Origin: a virus
Lineage: Duplodnaviria; Caudoviricetes
Length of the DNA: 40,590 nucleotides
Strand: one strand, 5' to 3'
Virus record (IMG/VR): IMGVR_UViG_3300024999_000209
Coordinates: 1-40,590 of that record
Of the stretch, positions 1 to 8,385 are shown piece by piece. A program made the translations under genes and the position numbers. The notes beneath the pieces were generated by a model. It was not told the DNA's origin, ran no database searches, and saw nothing but the letters and a program-made list of their open reading frames with translations. Numbering within the stretch: position 1 is the stretch's first letter; each line of letters begins with the position of its first letter.

Positions 1-702
1 TGTCCCCGGCGCACCCAGTTGTCCTTTTATTTTACCTTTCTCTTTTTCACTTTCTATTATTGCGGCTGTTGGTATAGTTCCCATGCCTTTACCTGATGCG
101 GTGGCATAAGATTGACCATATAATGCCTCTGGATTTTTAGCCTGATTTTGTAGCCATAAACCTAAAGTTACTTGTAATTCAGGACTTAAGGCGTTATATT
201 TTTCTGGCGTATTTGCAAGCTCAAGGGCTGACAAGAATGGATTTTTAGAGCCTCCAAACATTTCAGAACCTTCCGGCTGTTTGTTTTGCAAATAGTCAAT
301 ATAAGCATTCTTGTATTCTTGATTAGATTTTGCCGATTGTAGGTCAATAACATTTTTCATCACATCAGGCGTTAAAAGCTGATTCCCCGGCATATTTAAA
401 TTAAGCCCAGACCCCTGCAACAACTGTTTATAAAGGTCGCTCTGCTGCTGCTGCTGTCCATAAGTAAACCCTGACTTGGCAGCGCCGCCAAGGCCTCTGC
501 TTATAGCTTGCCCCATTGTGCCTGTGCCTCCCACAGCCTCGCTTGCACCTAAAAGCATTTGAGTTAGCATATCACGGTTAAATTTAGGCCTTGGCATTGC
601 AGGTGCGGCCATAGGTTGCATATTTACAGCCGGGACGGTGTTTTGTTCCTGCATTAATAAATCAACTAAATTATTTTGTTGTGGGATTGGTGGATATGCC
701 AT
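1..702 (-). CDS. N-terminal part of a putative internal virion/DNA ejection protein; continues across the origin into 40580..39954 (~400 aa joined)
   Basis: ATG at 702 with AAGGAG RBS (MAYPPIPQQNN...). The frame is open through the overlap and in frame with ALYGQSYATASG; Gly/Ala/Gln-rich; lies among ejection-type genes. Confidence 0.75.
   Translation of the reverse strand, partial: MAYPPIPQQNNLVDLLMQEQNTVPAVNMQPMAAPAMPRPKFNRDMLTQMLLGASEAVGGTGTMGQAISRGLGGAAKSGFTYGQQQQQSDLYKQLLQGSGLNLNMPGNQLLTPDVMKNVIDLQSAKSNQEYKNAYIDYLQNKQPEGSEMFGGSKNPFLSALELANTPEKYNALSPELQVTLGLWLQNQAKNPEALYGQSYATASGKGMGTIPTAAIIESEKEKGKIKGQLGAPGT
2..127. repeat. Terminal direct repeat, left copy (assembly circularisation overlap)
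   Basis: 126 bp identical to 40456-40581. Confidence 0.95.
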
Positions 703-714
703 TTATTATTCTCC

Positions 715-1641
715 TTAATAAGAGGTCTGTACTTTTGGACGCATTTGGCTTACTAACTGGCTGCCCTGACTTGCTGCTCCCAATGCCGGAGCAATAGCCT
801 GCCCGCCAGGTATAAACATTGAAGCAAGTGCGGCTGCACTTAATAATCCTTGCAGTTGTGAGTTTTTGCCCTGCTGTGTAAGCTGGTCATTATATAGGTT
901 TAACTGAGCCATCTGGTTAGATAGTCCAGCCGCATTCAATGCCTGAGTATTACCAAGCTGCGAACCGCTAAATGCCTGAGATAGATAATTATTCATCAAG
1001 CTATCTTCATAATTCTGTCCACCTTGTAGAAATTGAGCAAGCTGCATTAACCTGTCGTCTTCCTGCTGTCCTAAAGCTTCGATGTTGTAATCGTAGTCAG
1101 AAGCAAGCTGCTGTTTGTATTTATTCCTGGATTTATCAATTTCGTTGAATCCAAGAGCAGCTTGAGTATTATTTAATCCTCCAAATTTGTCATAAGAATT
1201 AGTAATAAACTTTTCATAAGTTGGTGTATTGGCTTCGTCATAAGCGTCTAAAGCTCTGTCTTTTCTGTAATTGGCAATATCTGACCAGCGTTTCATTTGT
1301 TCAGGATAAGGGTTCCCAACTGTTTTTTCAGAATTATAAATACTGTTTTGTCTGAAAAATCTTTGGTTCTTTTGTTCCGGTGTTTCGTTATAAGTTACAT
1401 CAATGTTATTGCCGGACTTCTGAACATCTGCCAGTTTTTCACCGCTACGGTAAAAGGAACCGCCTATAAATGGAGGGGGTTCGTAAAAAGGCATACCGTT
1501 ATTCCCCTTTCTTGCCGCTAATGCTTGCTCTGGAGATTTACCATCCCACATAGACCGCCCTTCGCTTCCGCCAGGCATCCATATACTGTCGTGAAAAAAA
1601 CCAAAGGGGTCAAATGTATCTGCTGCCCATTTGTAAGCCAT
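715..1641 (-). CDS. Putative DNA ejection/pilot protein (P22 gp7-like position)
   Basis: Gln/Ala/Gly-rich with a C-terminal hydrophobic segment; follows the tail nozzle gene. Confidence 0.55.
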   Translation of the reverse strand: MAYKWAADTFDPFGFFHDSIWMPGGSEGRSMWDGKSPEQALAARKGNNGMPFYEPPPFIGGSFYRSGEKLADVQKSGNNIDVTYNETPEQKNQRFFRQNSIYNSEKTVGNPYPEQMKRWSDIANYRKDRALDAYDEANTPTYEKFITNSYDKFGGLNNTQAALGFNEIDKSRNKYKQQLASDYDYNIEALGQQEDDRLMQLAQFLQGGQNYEDSLMNNYLSQAFSGSQLGNTQALNAAGLSNQMAQLNLYNDQLTQQGKNSQLQGLLSAAALASMFIPGGQAIAPALGAASQGSQLVSQMRPKVQTSY

Positions 1642-1651
1642 ATTATTATCC

Positions 1652-3133
1652 TTATATTGCCGCTACTATATCCTTTATTAACAGGCTTCTGACCATAAAC
1701 TTGTCAGCTACACCGTTGCTGTATAATCCTATTTGAATGGTTTCAAATCTTTTATTTGGCCTAAATATTGCTTTTGCAACACCAGAAGCCGCCCAGTTTT
1801 TCTCTCCCCAGTTGCCTTCTCCCCAGATAAGATCATCGGCTCCGGTTATGCTAAATTCTTTTTCAGTGTAGGCTCCGTCTGATTCATTGTTATACCTGAC
1901 CCTAAACGTAAAGTTTGTTGTATTGAGCCTGTCTAGTCCTAGTAAAATTTCGGACACTTCTTTTTCCCAGTTAAGATAGCCAAAATGAAGAAAGGGCAGC
2001 AACATTAAATTTTCTATAGCCGTACCATTAAAAGTGTTTCCGTCGTCATCCTTGAGGACTTCCCCAGCAGTAGTTCCAATGTAAATATCGCCATCATATA
2101 AAAAAACAGTGGTTATATTGTGTGGGTATTTTTTTAAAAACCAACGTTTTTTTGTAAAACAATATATCCAGCAATATTTAATATAATCATCACCGGAATA
2201 CGTTACATAACATCTTAATTGATCTCTTTTGTGATACGGGATAAGCTTTACATTTTCAGGCAATACAAGATTTTCAAAGTCTTCATTTATATCGTCTGAA
2301 TATTCAGAATTAAGTTTTATTTCTCCTTCTTTTCCAAATGAACCTATGGCAAGTAAGTCATTGTCAAACATCCAATGCTCTGTTAAATAGTTAGCTGTTC
2401 CATTGGGCGAAGGCGAACCTACAGAGGCCGAAAACTGCCCCAATATCCATTCGTTTTGATCAGTGCCGCCCTGGATGTAATAAATTTTATCCTTCTTATA
2501 AATTAACAAAAGATCGTTCCACTCTATTAATGCTGTTATCGGAGTAGAATCGTTAAAGAAATTACTATTAGACCCGGCCCCATTAGCTCCTGTAGTCACC
2601 CAGTCTGTATTGTCCCCAAGGGTTGACCAGTAAAGAGTTGCACTTGTTGATGAACCCATAAAAAGCCTATTTTTCCATACAGTCATAGCCAAACCTCTTT
2701 GAGATGTTGTTCCCAAACTGGCTACTGACCACGTACTTCCGTTATATGTTAGTTTTTTGGGGTCGTTTGTACCGTCGTTTACTATTAAAGAGCCGCCCAT
2801 TTCGGCATAAGTAGTCTTAGCCGTAGTTGTAAGCCCTGTAGTTATTTCTGTAAAAGTCCCTGTGCCTACGTTAAAATGATAGGCTTTCCCATCGCTGGCA
2901 TTAACAACGCACACCTTTGCGCTTGCTGAATAATTGTACTCGGCTCCGCCCCTAATGATATAAGCGCCCACATCCCCCAAAAGTGTGGTACCTTTAGAAG
3001 TTCCAGTGCCTAATCCCCGATAAAATTCCACATTATAGCCGTCATAAAGACAGACTTCCTTTTTCGACTGCGGAAGACTATCGTCATTATCTGTATAAAT
3101 AATGCCGGTTATATTAGTGGTTTGAAAGTCCAT
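1652..3133 (-). CDS. Podovirus tail nozzle/stabilisation protein (P22 gp10 / T7 tubular B-like beta-propeller)
   Basis: 493 aa, beta-rich, WKNRLF..LYWS.LGD..DW motif; synteny after the adaptor. Confidence 0.7.
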   Translation of the reverse strand: MDFQTTNITGIIYTDNDDSLPQSKKEVCLYDGYNVEFYRGLGTGTSKGTTLLGDVGAYIIRGGAEYNYSASAKVCVVNASDGKAYHFNVGTGTFTEITTGLTTTAKTTYAEMGGSLIVNDGTNDPKKLTYNGSTWSVASLGTTSQRGLAMTVWKNRLFMGSSTSATLYWSTLGDNTDWVTTGANGAGSNSNFFNDSTPITALIEWNDLLLIYKKDKIYYIQGGTDQNEWILGQFSASVGSPSPNGTANYLTEHWMFDNDLLAIGSFGKEGEIKLNSEYSDDINEDFENLVLPENVKLIPYHKRDQLRCYVTYSGDDYIKYCWIYCFTKKRWFLKKYPHNITTVFLYDGDIYIGTTAGEVLKDDDGNTFNGTAIENLMLLPFLHFGYLNWEKEVSEILLGLDRLNTTNFTFRVRYNNESDGAYTEKEFSITGADDLIWGEGNWGEKNWAASGVAKAIFRPNKRFETIQIGLYSNGVADKFMVRSLLIKDIVAAI

Positions 3134-3145
3134 TTATTGTAATCC

Positions 3146-3177
3146 TGTGGTATAATTATTGGATGGGAGGATGGTTT
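3146..3177 (+). promoter_or_regulatory. Extended -10 promoter plus RBS block, copy 1
   Basis: TGTGGTATAATTATTGGATGGGAGGATGGTTT; 31/32 identical to 7640-7671. Confidence 0.8.
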
Positions 3178-3178
3178 G

Positions 3179-3418
3179 ATGAATATTATAAATCCTGAAA
3201 ATGTTTATAGTTTTTTAACTAAAACAGTTGAAAAAATAAGGGAAGACAAACAAAAATTTCAAGAATTAAATAAGGCTATGAATGCAGAAGGCTATCAGGC
3301 TTGGATTACCCCTAAGGGTACTTATTGGGCAAAGAAAGACGAAAAAGGCTTGGTTTTACATCCTATGTATGATGAAAAAACAGAGCAATTACTTAAACAG
3401 TTAACCGAGGTGCGGTGA
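3179..3418 (+). CDS. Antisense cassette protein 1 (ends LTEVR), unknown function
   Basis: ATG after GGGAGG; ends in the shared 20-bp junction. Confidence 0.75.
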   Translation: MNIINPENVYSFLTKTVEKIREDKQKFQELNKAMNAEGYQAWITPKGTYWAKKDEKGLVLHPMYDEKTEQLLKQLTEVR

Positions 3419-3420
3419 TG
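3401..3420 (+). repeat. Cassette junction TTAACCGAGGTGCGGTGATG, copy 1
   Basis: Identical to 7883-7902; variant at 8041-8058; contains SD GAGGTG and a TGATG stop/start. Confidence 0.9.
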
Positions 3421-3861
3421 GATCTTAATAGTCATTTTAATATTCTAGACAATACTTCCAAAGCAAAGGTTTTAATTTATAAATTAGATAGGATTTTGGG
3501 CAAAAAAGGATTTTGGCACTGGGAGGGACTAATTTTAAACAAAGGTGATTCTTGCCGTATTAATGATAATGGTGAAATAAAAACCCTAATTCTCAATCAG
3601 GAAAAAATTATTAAAGTTAAATTTGGAGATAGAGACTTTATTTCTTTAATTGATTCCATAATTTCCTTGGCTGATTTTGAATTTATAAACAAAAACATTG
3701 TGTTTAAAATAACAGAAATACAGGTTATAGAAAAAAAAATAATAATTAAAATTGTTTATGAGAACATTATAAATGCGATATGTGGTGAAGCTTATTTTAA
3801 AAAGGGCATAAAAGGGAGATCTCTAGAATTATCTGCCCGCCTGCCTGAAACTATCGATTAA
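3418..3861 (+). CDS. Antisense cassette protein 2, unknown function
   Basis: Coupled through TGATG; very AT-rich; 3' end overlaps the convergent adaptor gene by 33 nt. Confidence 0.65.
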   Translation: MDLNSHFNILDNTSKAKVLIYKLDRILGKKGFWHWEGLILNKGDSCRINDNGEIKTLILNQEKIIKVKFGDRDFISLIDSIISLADFEFINKNIVFKITEIQVIEKKIIIKIVYENIINAICGEAYFKKGIKGRSLELSARLPETID

Positions 3862-4755
3862 CATCCTGTTTGCGCTCTTGTTATTTCTTCCCACTACTAA
3901 AGAGGGGTAGGCGTCATCCCCGAACCCGTCAGAAGCTCGTAGGTCTTTTAGATAATCCTGGTATTTTCTCTCTAAAATTGCATATTTTTCATCCGGTCTA
4001 AAATTGCCACGATACGCCGCCGCTGCTCCGTACTCTATGGCCTTTATAAATCTATCAGGGATTAGTGTTATATCTGTTGAATCTGATAACGTATCCCTAG
4101 AAATATAAACAGGGTCGGCCTGTGCTAAAGTGTGGGTATAGGCTAAATTGCTGGACAAGGTTAAATAATTGCTTGCATTAAAAGAACTTATGCGGCCTTC
4201 TTCCCGACGGGCGGTGCCGCTGCCTATTAACACATACCCATTGGCTTCTGCTCCCGTTGTGGCAGCAATGTTTAATTGCGCCTGCGCGCTTGCGGAATCT
4301 GCATCTACAGAAGTAACTGCATAGGCGTAATAATTTGTCCTATATTTTATAGTAATGGTATAAGCAGCGTCGGGTGTGGGGTCAAGGATTAACTGATTGT
4401 TAAATACTGAATACCTGATAGGCGCGCCTGAGGTTAATACAGTCTGATCTAAAATACTATCCTGCACATAATAGAGTGGAGGCGTCCAGCTTGCACGCCT
4501 CACTCCATCAGCTAAGATATTTTTCAATTCTAAATCGCCAGGCAAGGAATACTCCCGTGTACCGCTGACTGTTGAAAGATCATAAGATCTTTCTAAAAAT
4601 GTCCAGTCATGGGTCTGGCAGATATCCCCTAATACATCAACAATGTATTTTTTTAACTCAGGATATGGCTCGGCCGTTGATGCAAATGTGCTGGGCTGGG
4701 TTTCCTTTGATAAAATACATACATTGTTTAATATTGTACTGTAATTAGTTGCCAT
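3829..4755 (-). CDS. Head-tail adaptor / tail tubular A-like protein with an inserted beta domain
   Basis: DWTFL..., GTREYSLP.D, G.P..Y.....L.PTPD..YTI.I.Y motifs of phage adaptor proteins. Confidence 0.7.
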   Translation of the reverse strand: MATNYSTILNNVCILSKETQPSTFASTAEPYPELKKYIVDVLGDICQTHDWTFLERSYDLSTVSGTREYSLPGDLELKNILADGVRRASWTPPLYYVQDSILDQTVLTSGAPIRYSVFNNQLILDPTPDAAYTITIKYRTNYYAYAVTSVDADSASAQAQLNIAATTGAEANGYVLIGSGTARREEGRISSFNASNYLTLSSNLAYTHTLAQADPVYISRDTLSDSTDITLIPDRFIKAIEYGAAAAYRGNFRPDEKYAILERKYQDYLKDLRASDGFGDDAYPSLVVGRNNKSANRMLIDSFRQAGR

Positions 4756-5132
4756 TATTCAGCATAATCCTCGTAATATAAGAATTTAATTCTGTAAGTA
4801 GTATCAGCGTTTATATTCTGAATACTGCATGACGATATTTCGCCCTTCCAAAACTGCTTTCTTATGTCATCTCTATTGGACAATTTGGCGTCGACCCCTA
4901 GCCCATTCATAAAAGATAGTTTTTTATTCCCTACATGAAAAACTTTCCACGCTGTTTTTTCCGAGAAAAGCTCTCCATCAGGGCACTTGTCTCCACGGGG
5001 AACTTTTTTAATATCTTTTATAGTAATCGTTTCCGGCATTTCGGATTCCGACTCTACAAGCTCGTCAAAGCCCTGCTCCTCCTTTTCGATGTCATCAATA
5101 AATCTGTCTTGTTCTTTTTTTAAAGTTGTCAT
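4755..5132 (-). CDS. Hypothetical protein downstream of the capsid gene
   Basis: 125 aa ORF with AAGGAGG RBS. Confidence 0.7.
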   Translation of the reverse strand: MTTLKKEQDRFIDDIEKEEQGFDELVESESEMPETITIKDIKKVPRGDKCPDGELFSEKTAWKVFHVGNKKLSFMNGLGVDAKLSNRDDIRKQFWKGEISSCSIQNINADTTYRIKFLYYEDYAE

Positions 5133-5144
5133 TTTTCCTCCTTT

Positions 5145-5171
5145 TAAAAGAGGGAGGGCTTAAGCCCTCCC
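5145..5171 (-). terminator. Intrinsic terminator after the major capsid gene
   Basis: GGGAGGGCT-TA-AGCCCTCCC hairpin followed by TCTTTT on the - strand. Confidence 0.7.
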
Positions 5172-5179
5172 ATTTACTA

Positions 5180-6043
5180 TTACGCAGCAAATATAATTTG
5201 CCCTAGTCTTGATGTATTAATTACCTTGGAGCCAAAACCATCAAGAAGCCTGATAGCTGTATCGAAGCTCCCTTCAAGTCTGATAGTCTCCATCTTTTTA
5301 ATCTGATGCGCGAATGTAATAGATTTTTTAGTTCCTGCCAGGCAGTAGTATTTTGAGTTTACTGCTACAAGGTTATTCAATTCATAAATTTCAAACCCTG
5401 ACACCATTCCGACCATTCCTTTTTCTACTGCTTTTTCTCCTAATTTTTCAAGGTTTAAAAACTCAGGCATTTGCACAAGTTTTTCCGTAACCTCTGGAGG
5501 TACTACAATCCAAGGAGTGCCTGCGGCTTTATGAAAAGCTTTTGATCTTGCCATTTTCCTTTTCAGGATGGGGAAAGCCTCGTACATTGTGTCTTTATCA
5601 AGTACAATACCATCACCATCTGAACCGCCGCCGCCTACGTCCTGTAGGTCAACTTGGTTTGCTGTTGGGACGTCAGCATAATGAGTCTGTAAATGAGTAT
5701 CAACGGTTAGTCTTCTTGTTTCCCTTACTTCTTCAATATGAGATTCAAGAACTTTAACATCAGATTGAGCCTCGGTAATATCGTCACATTTGAATGCGGC
5801 GTATTTAAACTGGTCAATAAGTAATGATGTTTTTGTTGGGGATAGGTTTTCATAAGTAATAGACCCTGCATAAGTTCCTTGTGCCACAGTGCCAGGTGTT
5901 CTTATAAACACTGTATCGGTTTTCTTGGCATCACCTTCATAGTCAGTATTTACAAGTTTCAACATTGTGGAATCGTTATAAAGGTTAAAGTCAAGTTTTG
6001 TACTCCATTTTTCCGGTATAAAATTATAAGTTGTGCTTGCCAT
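5180..6043 (-). CDS. Major capsid protein (HK97 fold, P22 coat-like)
   Basis: FIPEKWS..L, NTDYEGD...DTV.I, L.IDQ.KY..F..DD, G.V.GF.IY motifs. Confidence 0.85.
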   Translation of the reverse strand: MASTTYNFIPEKWSTKLDFNLYNDSTMLKLVNTDYEGDAKKTDTVFIRTPGTVAQGTYAGSITYENLSPTKTSLLIDQFKYAAFKCDDITEAQSDVKVLESHIEEVRETRRLTVDTHLQTHYADVPTANQVDLQDVGGGGSDGDGIVLDKDTMYEAFPILKRKMARSKAFHKAAGTPWIVVPPEVTEKLVQMPEFLNLEKLGEKAVEKGMVGMVSGFEIYELNNLVAVNSKYYCLAGTKKSITFAHQIKKMETIRLEGSFDTAIRLLDGFGSKVINTSRLGQIIFAA

Positions 6044-6075
6044 TTTTGTTTTTCCTTTCGTAAATTTTGCATACT

Positions 6076-6104
6076 AAATAAGCCCCTGTCGTTAGGGGCA
6101 TTTT
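6076..6104. terminator. Terminator-like hairpin directly upstream of the capsid gene
   Basis: GCCCCT-6nt-AGGGGC with T-rich tails on both strands. Confidence 0.6.
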
Positions 6105-6121
6105 GTTTATAAATTACTTAA

Positions 6122-6550
6122 TTAGTCTCTTTGACCTGTCTTAACTACGTTAATATAGAAACTGCCACCTGTTAGAGCTGCGCCAGCTATTGTAAGTGTC
6201 AAATCAAGAGCTGTTGTTCCGGTGTTTTTAACAAAGCTTGCTGCTGTATCAACAGGAGTACACGCCCCAAAGGTCCCAGTAAATACTGCGTTATCGTAGG
6301 CAGTTGCTGTTAAAACATCATTTGCCTGTGAAACATGTAAGGCTATTGTTGCGGAACCACCCGAAGTCGGGTTATCTCCAACTACTTCTTCAACATATGC
6401 CTGTTTAATATATTCCCCAGGCAGCAAGAAGCCGTCTGCTATTTCAATAGCTCCTATAGCTCCACCGTGAAGGTCAAAATCATATAAGAATCTATGAGTT
6501 GTTACCGGGATGGCAACGTTCATTTGTGTGGTTTGTGATTGTGTTGACAT
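6122..6550 (-). CDS. Putative capsid decoration/cement protein
   Basis: 142 aa, beta-rich (TSGGSATIAL, LTIAGAALTGG); between scaffold and capsid. Confidence 0.55.
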   Translation of the reverse strand: MSTQSQTTQMNVAIPVTTHRFLYDFDLHGGAIGAIEIADGFLLPGEYIKQAYVEEVVGDNPTSGGSATIALHVSQANDVLTATAYDNAVFTGTFGACTPVDTAASFVKNTGTTALDLTLTIAGAALTGGSFYINVVKTGQRD

Positions 6551-6563
6551 TGCGTTTTCTCCT

Positions 6564-7586
6564 TTATTTTAATAATCCTTTTGCGTCCATTTCGTCGATT
6601 GTTTTTTGGTTTTTTGCATACCATGCGCGATCTTTAGATGCTTTTACTTGGATTTCTTTCCAAGTACGAGGGATTCCGGCATAAGCACTGGTTGTTTTGG
6701 CTCCCGTTGTTATTTGTGGAAGTTTATTAACATCCTCATTATGCGCGGCGGCTGCTTCTTCGGTGTCAGCTTCCCTTTTCTTTCTTGCATGATAGTATGC
6801 ATCGTATGATTTAAGGATGTTCTTTGTCAGTTCTGGTTCATACGGCATAACGTTTTTGTAAAACTCGATCACTTGCTTATTTTCGGGGACACTAGCGGAT
6901 TCAGTCATAAATGATTCATAACCTTTATTGCTTTTTTCCCGTTCTCTTTTAGCTTTTTCAGAAGCAATTTTCTTAGCAGCTTCTGGATAATTTCTATCCA
7001 CGGTTAAGGACTTTGCAGCATATTCCTGTATGAAATAATCTTTTAACTGCTCTGCATTTTCTTGCGTAGGACTTACAGTATATTGATTGCCTTGAGCGTC
7101 AGTGTATGTAAATGACTGCCCCTGTCTTATAAATTCCATTATTTGGGCTTTTTCAGATACAAACTGTTGCTTAAGTCCTTGATATACTGTTTTTAATTCT
7201 GTGTCCTGTGACTCTAATACAGTATCCTTTTGCTTTTCTTCTGCTTCTTTCTCTTTCGCTTCTTTTTCAGCAAGTCGTTGAGCTTTTTCATGAGCCATTT
7301 TCTCAGAGTTATAGCTTGATTTAATCAAGCGTTTTTCTGCGTCACTTAAGCTATCAGGCATTCCTTCGGGGTAGTATTTTTTAATATGTTCCTCAGTTAC
7401 GCCTAATTCTTTAACTACTGGATTTGGCTCCGGTTTTGTTTCTGCTGTTGATTCTGTACTTTCTGCCGGTTCGGCTTTAGCGGGCTCTGCACTTTGTGAG
7501 TTGTCTGCTTCCGCAGGCTCCAATGCTGAGTTGTCCGCTGGTGTAGCGTCCACGGTTGTAGGCGGTACGTTTAGTTCGTCTGACAT
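6564..7586 (-). CDS. Putative capsid scaffolding protein
   Basis: Acidic disordered N-terminus, helical/coiled-coil body, between portal and capsid. Confidence 0.7.
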   Translation of the reverse strand: MSDELNVPPTTVDATPADNSALEPAEADNSQSAEPAKAEPAESTESTAETKPEPNPVVKELGVTEEHIKKYYPEGMPDSLSDAEKRLIKSSYNSEKMAHEKAQRLAEKEAKEKEAEEKQKDTVLESQDTELKTVYQGLKQQFVSEKAQIMEFIRQGQSFTYTDAQGNQYTVSPTQENAEQLKDYFIQEYAAKSLTVDRNYPEAAKKIASEKAKREREKSNKGYESFMTESASVPENKQVIEFYKNVMPYEPELTKNILKSYDAYYHARKKREADTEEAAAAHNEDVNKLPQITTGAKTTSAYAGIPRTWKEIQVKASKDRAWYAKNQKTIDEMDAKGLLK

Positions 7587-7639
7587 GGTTACTCCTTATT
7601 TATTTTTATGCTTAATATTCCCTATTTTTTCAGGGCGAT

Positions 7640-7671
7640 TGTGGTATAATTATTGAATGGGAGGATGGTTT
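7640..7671 (+). promoter_or_regulatory. Extended -10 promoter plus RBS block, copy 2
   Basis: TGTGGTATAATTATTGAATGGGAGGATGGTTT. Confidence 0.8.
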
Positions 7672-7672
7672 T

Positions 7673-7900
7673 ATGATTGAAGATATAAATAAAGCTTTGA
7701 GTAAAATAAAAGTTGAGTTTGGTTTACAAAATATAGAATGTTTTATTCCCGATCATTCTTTTTCTTATCACTTTAAAATAGGCGATAAGATTATTGATAC
7801 AGAAATAGTAAGTGCTTTTTGGCTCTTACATTTTTTAAATTGTCAAAGATGTAAGACAAATTTTCTAACCAGCATAAAAATTTTAACCGAGGTGCGGTGA
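7673..7900 (+). CDS. Antisense cassette protein 3 (ends LTEVR), unknown function
   Basis: ATG 33 nt after the block start, the same offset as 3179. Confidence 0.75.
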   Translation: MIEDINKALSKIKVEFGLQNIECFIPDHSFSYHFKIGDKIIDTEIVSAFWLLHFLNCQRCKTNFLTSIKILTEVR

Positions 7901-7902
7901 TG
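7883..7902 (+). repeat. Cassette junction, copy 2
   Basis: TTAACCGAGGTGCGGTGATG, 20/20 with 3401-3420. Confidence 0.9.
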
Positions 7903-8058
7903 AAGTTTAAAAGATATTTTGATATTAACTTACCCTTAACAGACCCAAGAAAAAGTAAATACTGGGATTATTGCTCATTAGATTATAAAATGTTTGCATT
8001 GGACTATTTCAAAATTCCAAGCATAAAAAGAATTAGCAAGTTAACTGAGGTGCGGTAA
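7900..8058 (+). CDS. Antisense cassette protein 4, 52 aa (ends LTEVR; not in the ORF track)
   Basis: MKFKRYFDINLPLTDPRKSKYWDYCSLDYKMFALDYFKIPSIKRISKLTEVR, translated by hand. Confidence 0.7.
   Translation: MKFKRYFDINLPLTDPRKSKYWDYCSLDYKMFALDYFKIPSIKRISKLTEVR
8041..8058 (+). repeat. Cassette junction, copy 3 (terminal variant)
   Basis: TTAACTGAGGTGCGGTAA, 16/18 match; TAA replaces TGATG. Confidence 0.85.
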
Positions 8059-8059
8059 A

Positions 8060-8173
8060 CTATTTACCCATGTTCTTTTTTATTTGTTTTTGCTTCATCA
8101 TCATTTTCTCTTTAGGCATCATCGGCGTTTTGTCATTTGATTTTTGAGCTTTTTTAGCTGCTTTCTTTTTCAT
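8060..8173 (-). CDS. 37-aa Lys/Met-rich basic peptide
   Basis: MKKKAAKKAQKSNDKTPMMPKEKMMMKQKQIKKNMGK with G-rich RBS. Confidence 0.6.
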   Translation of the reverse strand: MKKKAAKKAQKSNDKTPMMPKEKMMMKQKQIKKNMGK

Positions 8174-8184
8174 AATATTCCCCT

Positions 8185-8385
8185 TTATTTGTTTTTAAAT
8201 TTTTCAATTTCATCATCAATAATATTAAATACCTTGTTCATGCCTGCTAAATAGTCCATAGCATCAGAATCCTTGCGGATATGATCCAGCTGGTATTTCT
8301 GGCATTGCTCCCGGAGGAACTTCCATCCCTCCAACTGGATTAATTCTTGGTATCGGAGCGCCCTGTACCTGCCCTGGCTGTCCAT
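8185..8385 (-). CDS. Small post-portal protein (Bbp19-like position)
   Basis: GGAGG RBS inside the portal gene; EGWKFL..Y..G motif. Confidence 0.6.
   Translation of the reverse strand: MDSQGRYRALRYQELIQLEGWKFLREQCQKYQLDHIRKDSDAMDYLAGMNKVFNIIDDEIEKFKNK

Noticed and set aside
2-127. Terminal repeat as a biological T7-like DTR
   Set aside because: It lies inside a coding sequence, its length is typical of an assembler k-mer overlap, and the TerL is PBSX-like
7613-8182. TAATATTCCC on both sides of the second cassette as a target-site duplication
   Set aside because: Short and AT-rich, overlaps RBS-like sequence, and encloses a - strand gene as well; no transposase; too weak
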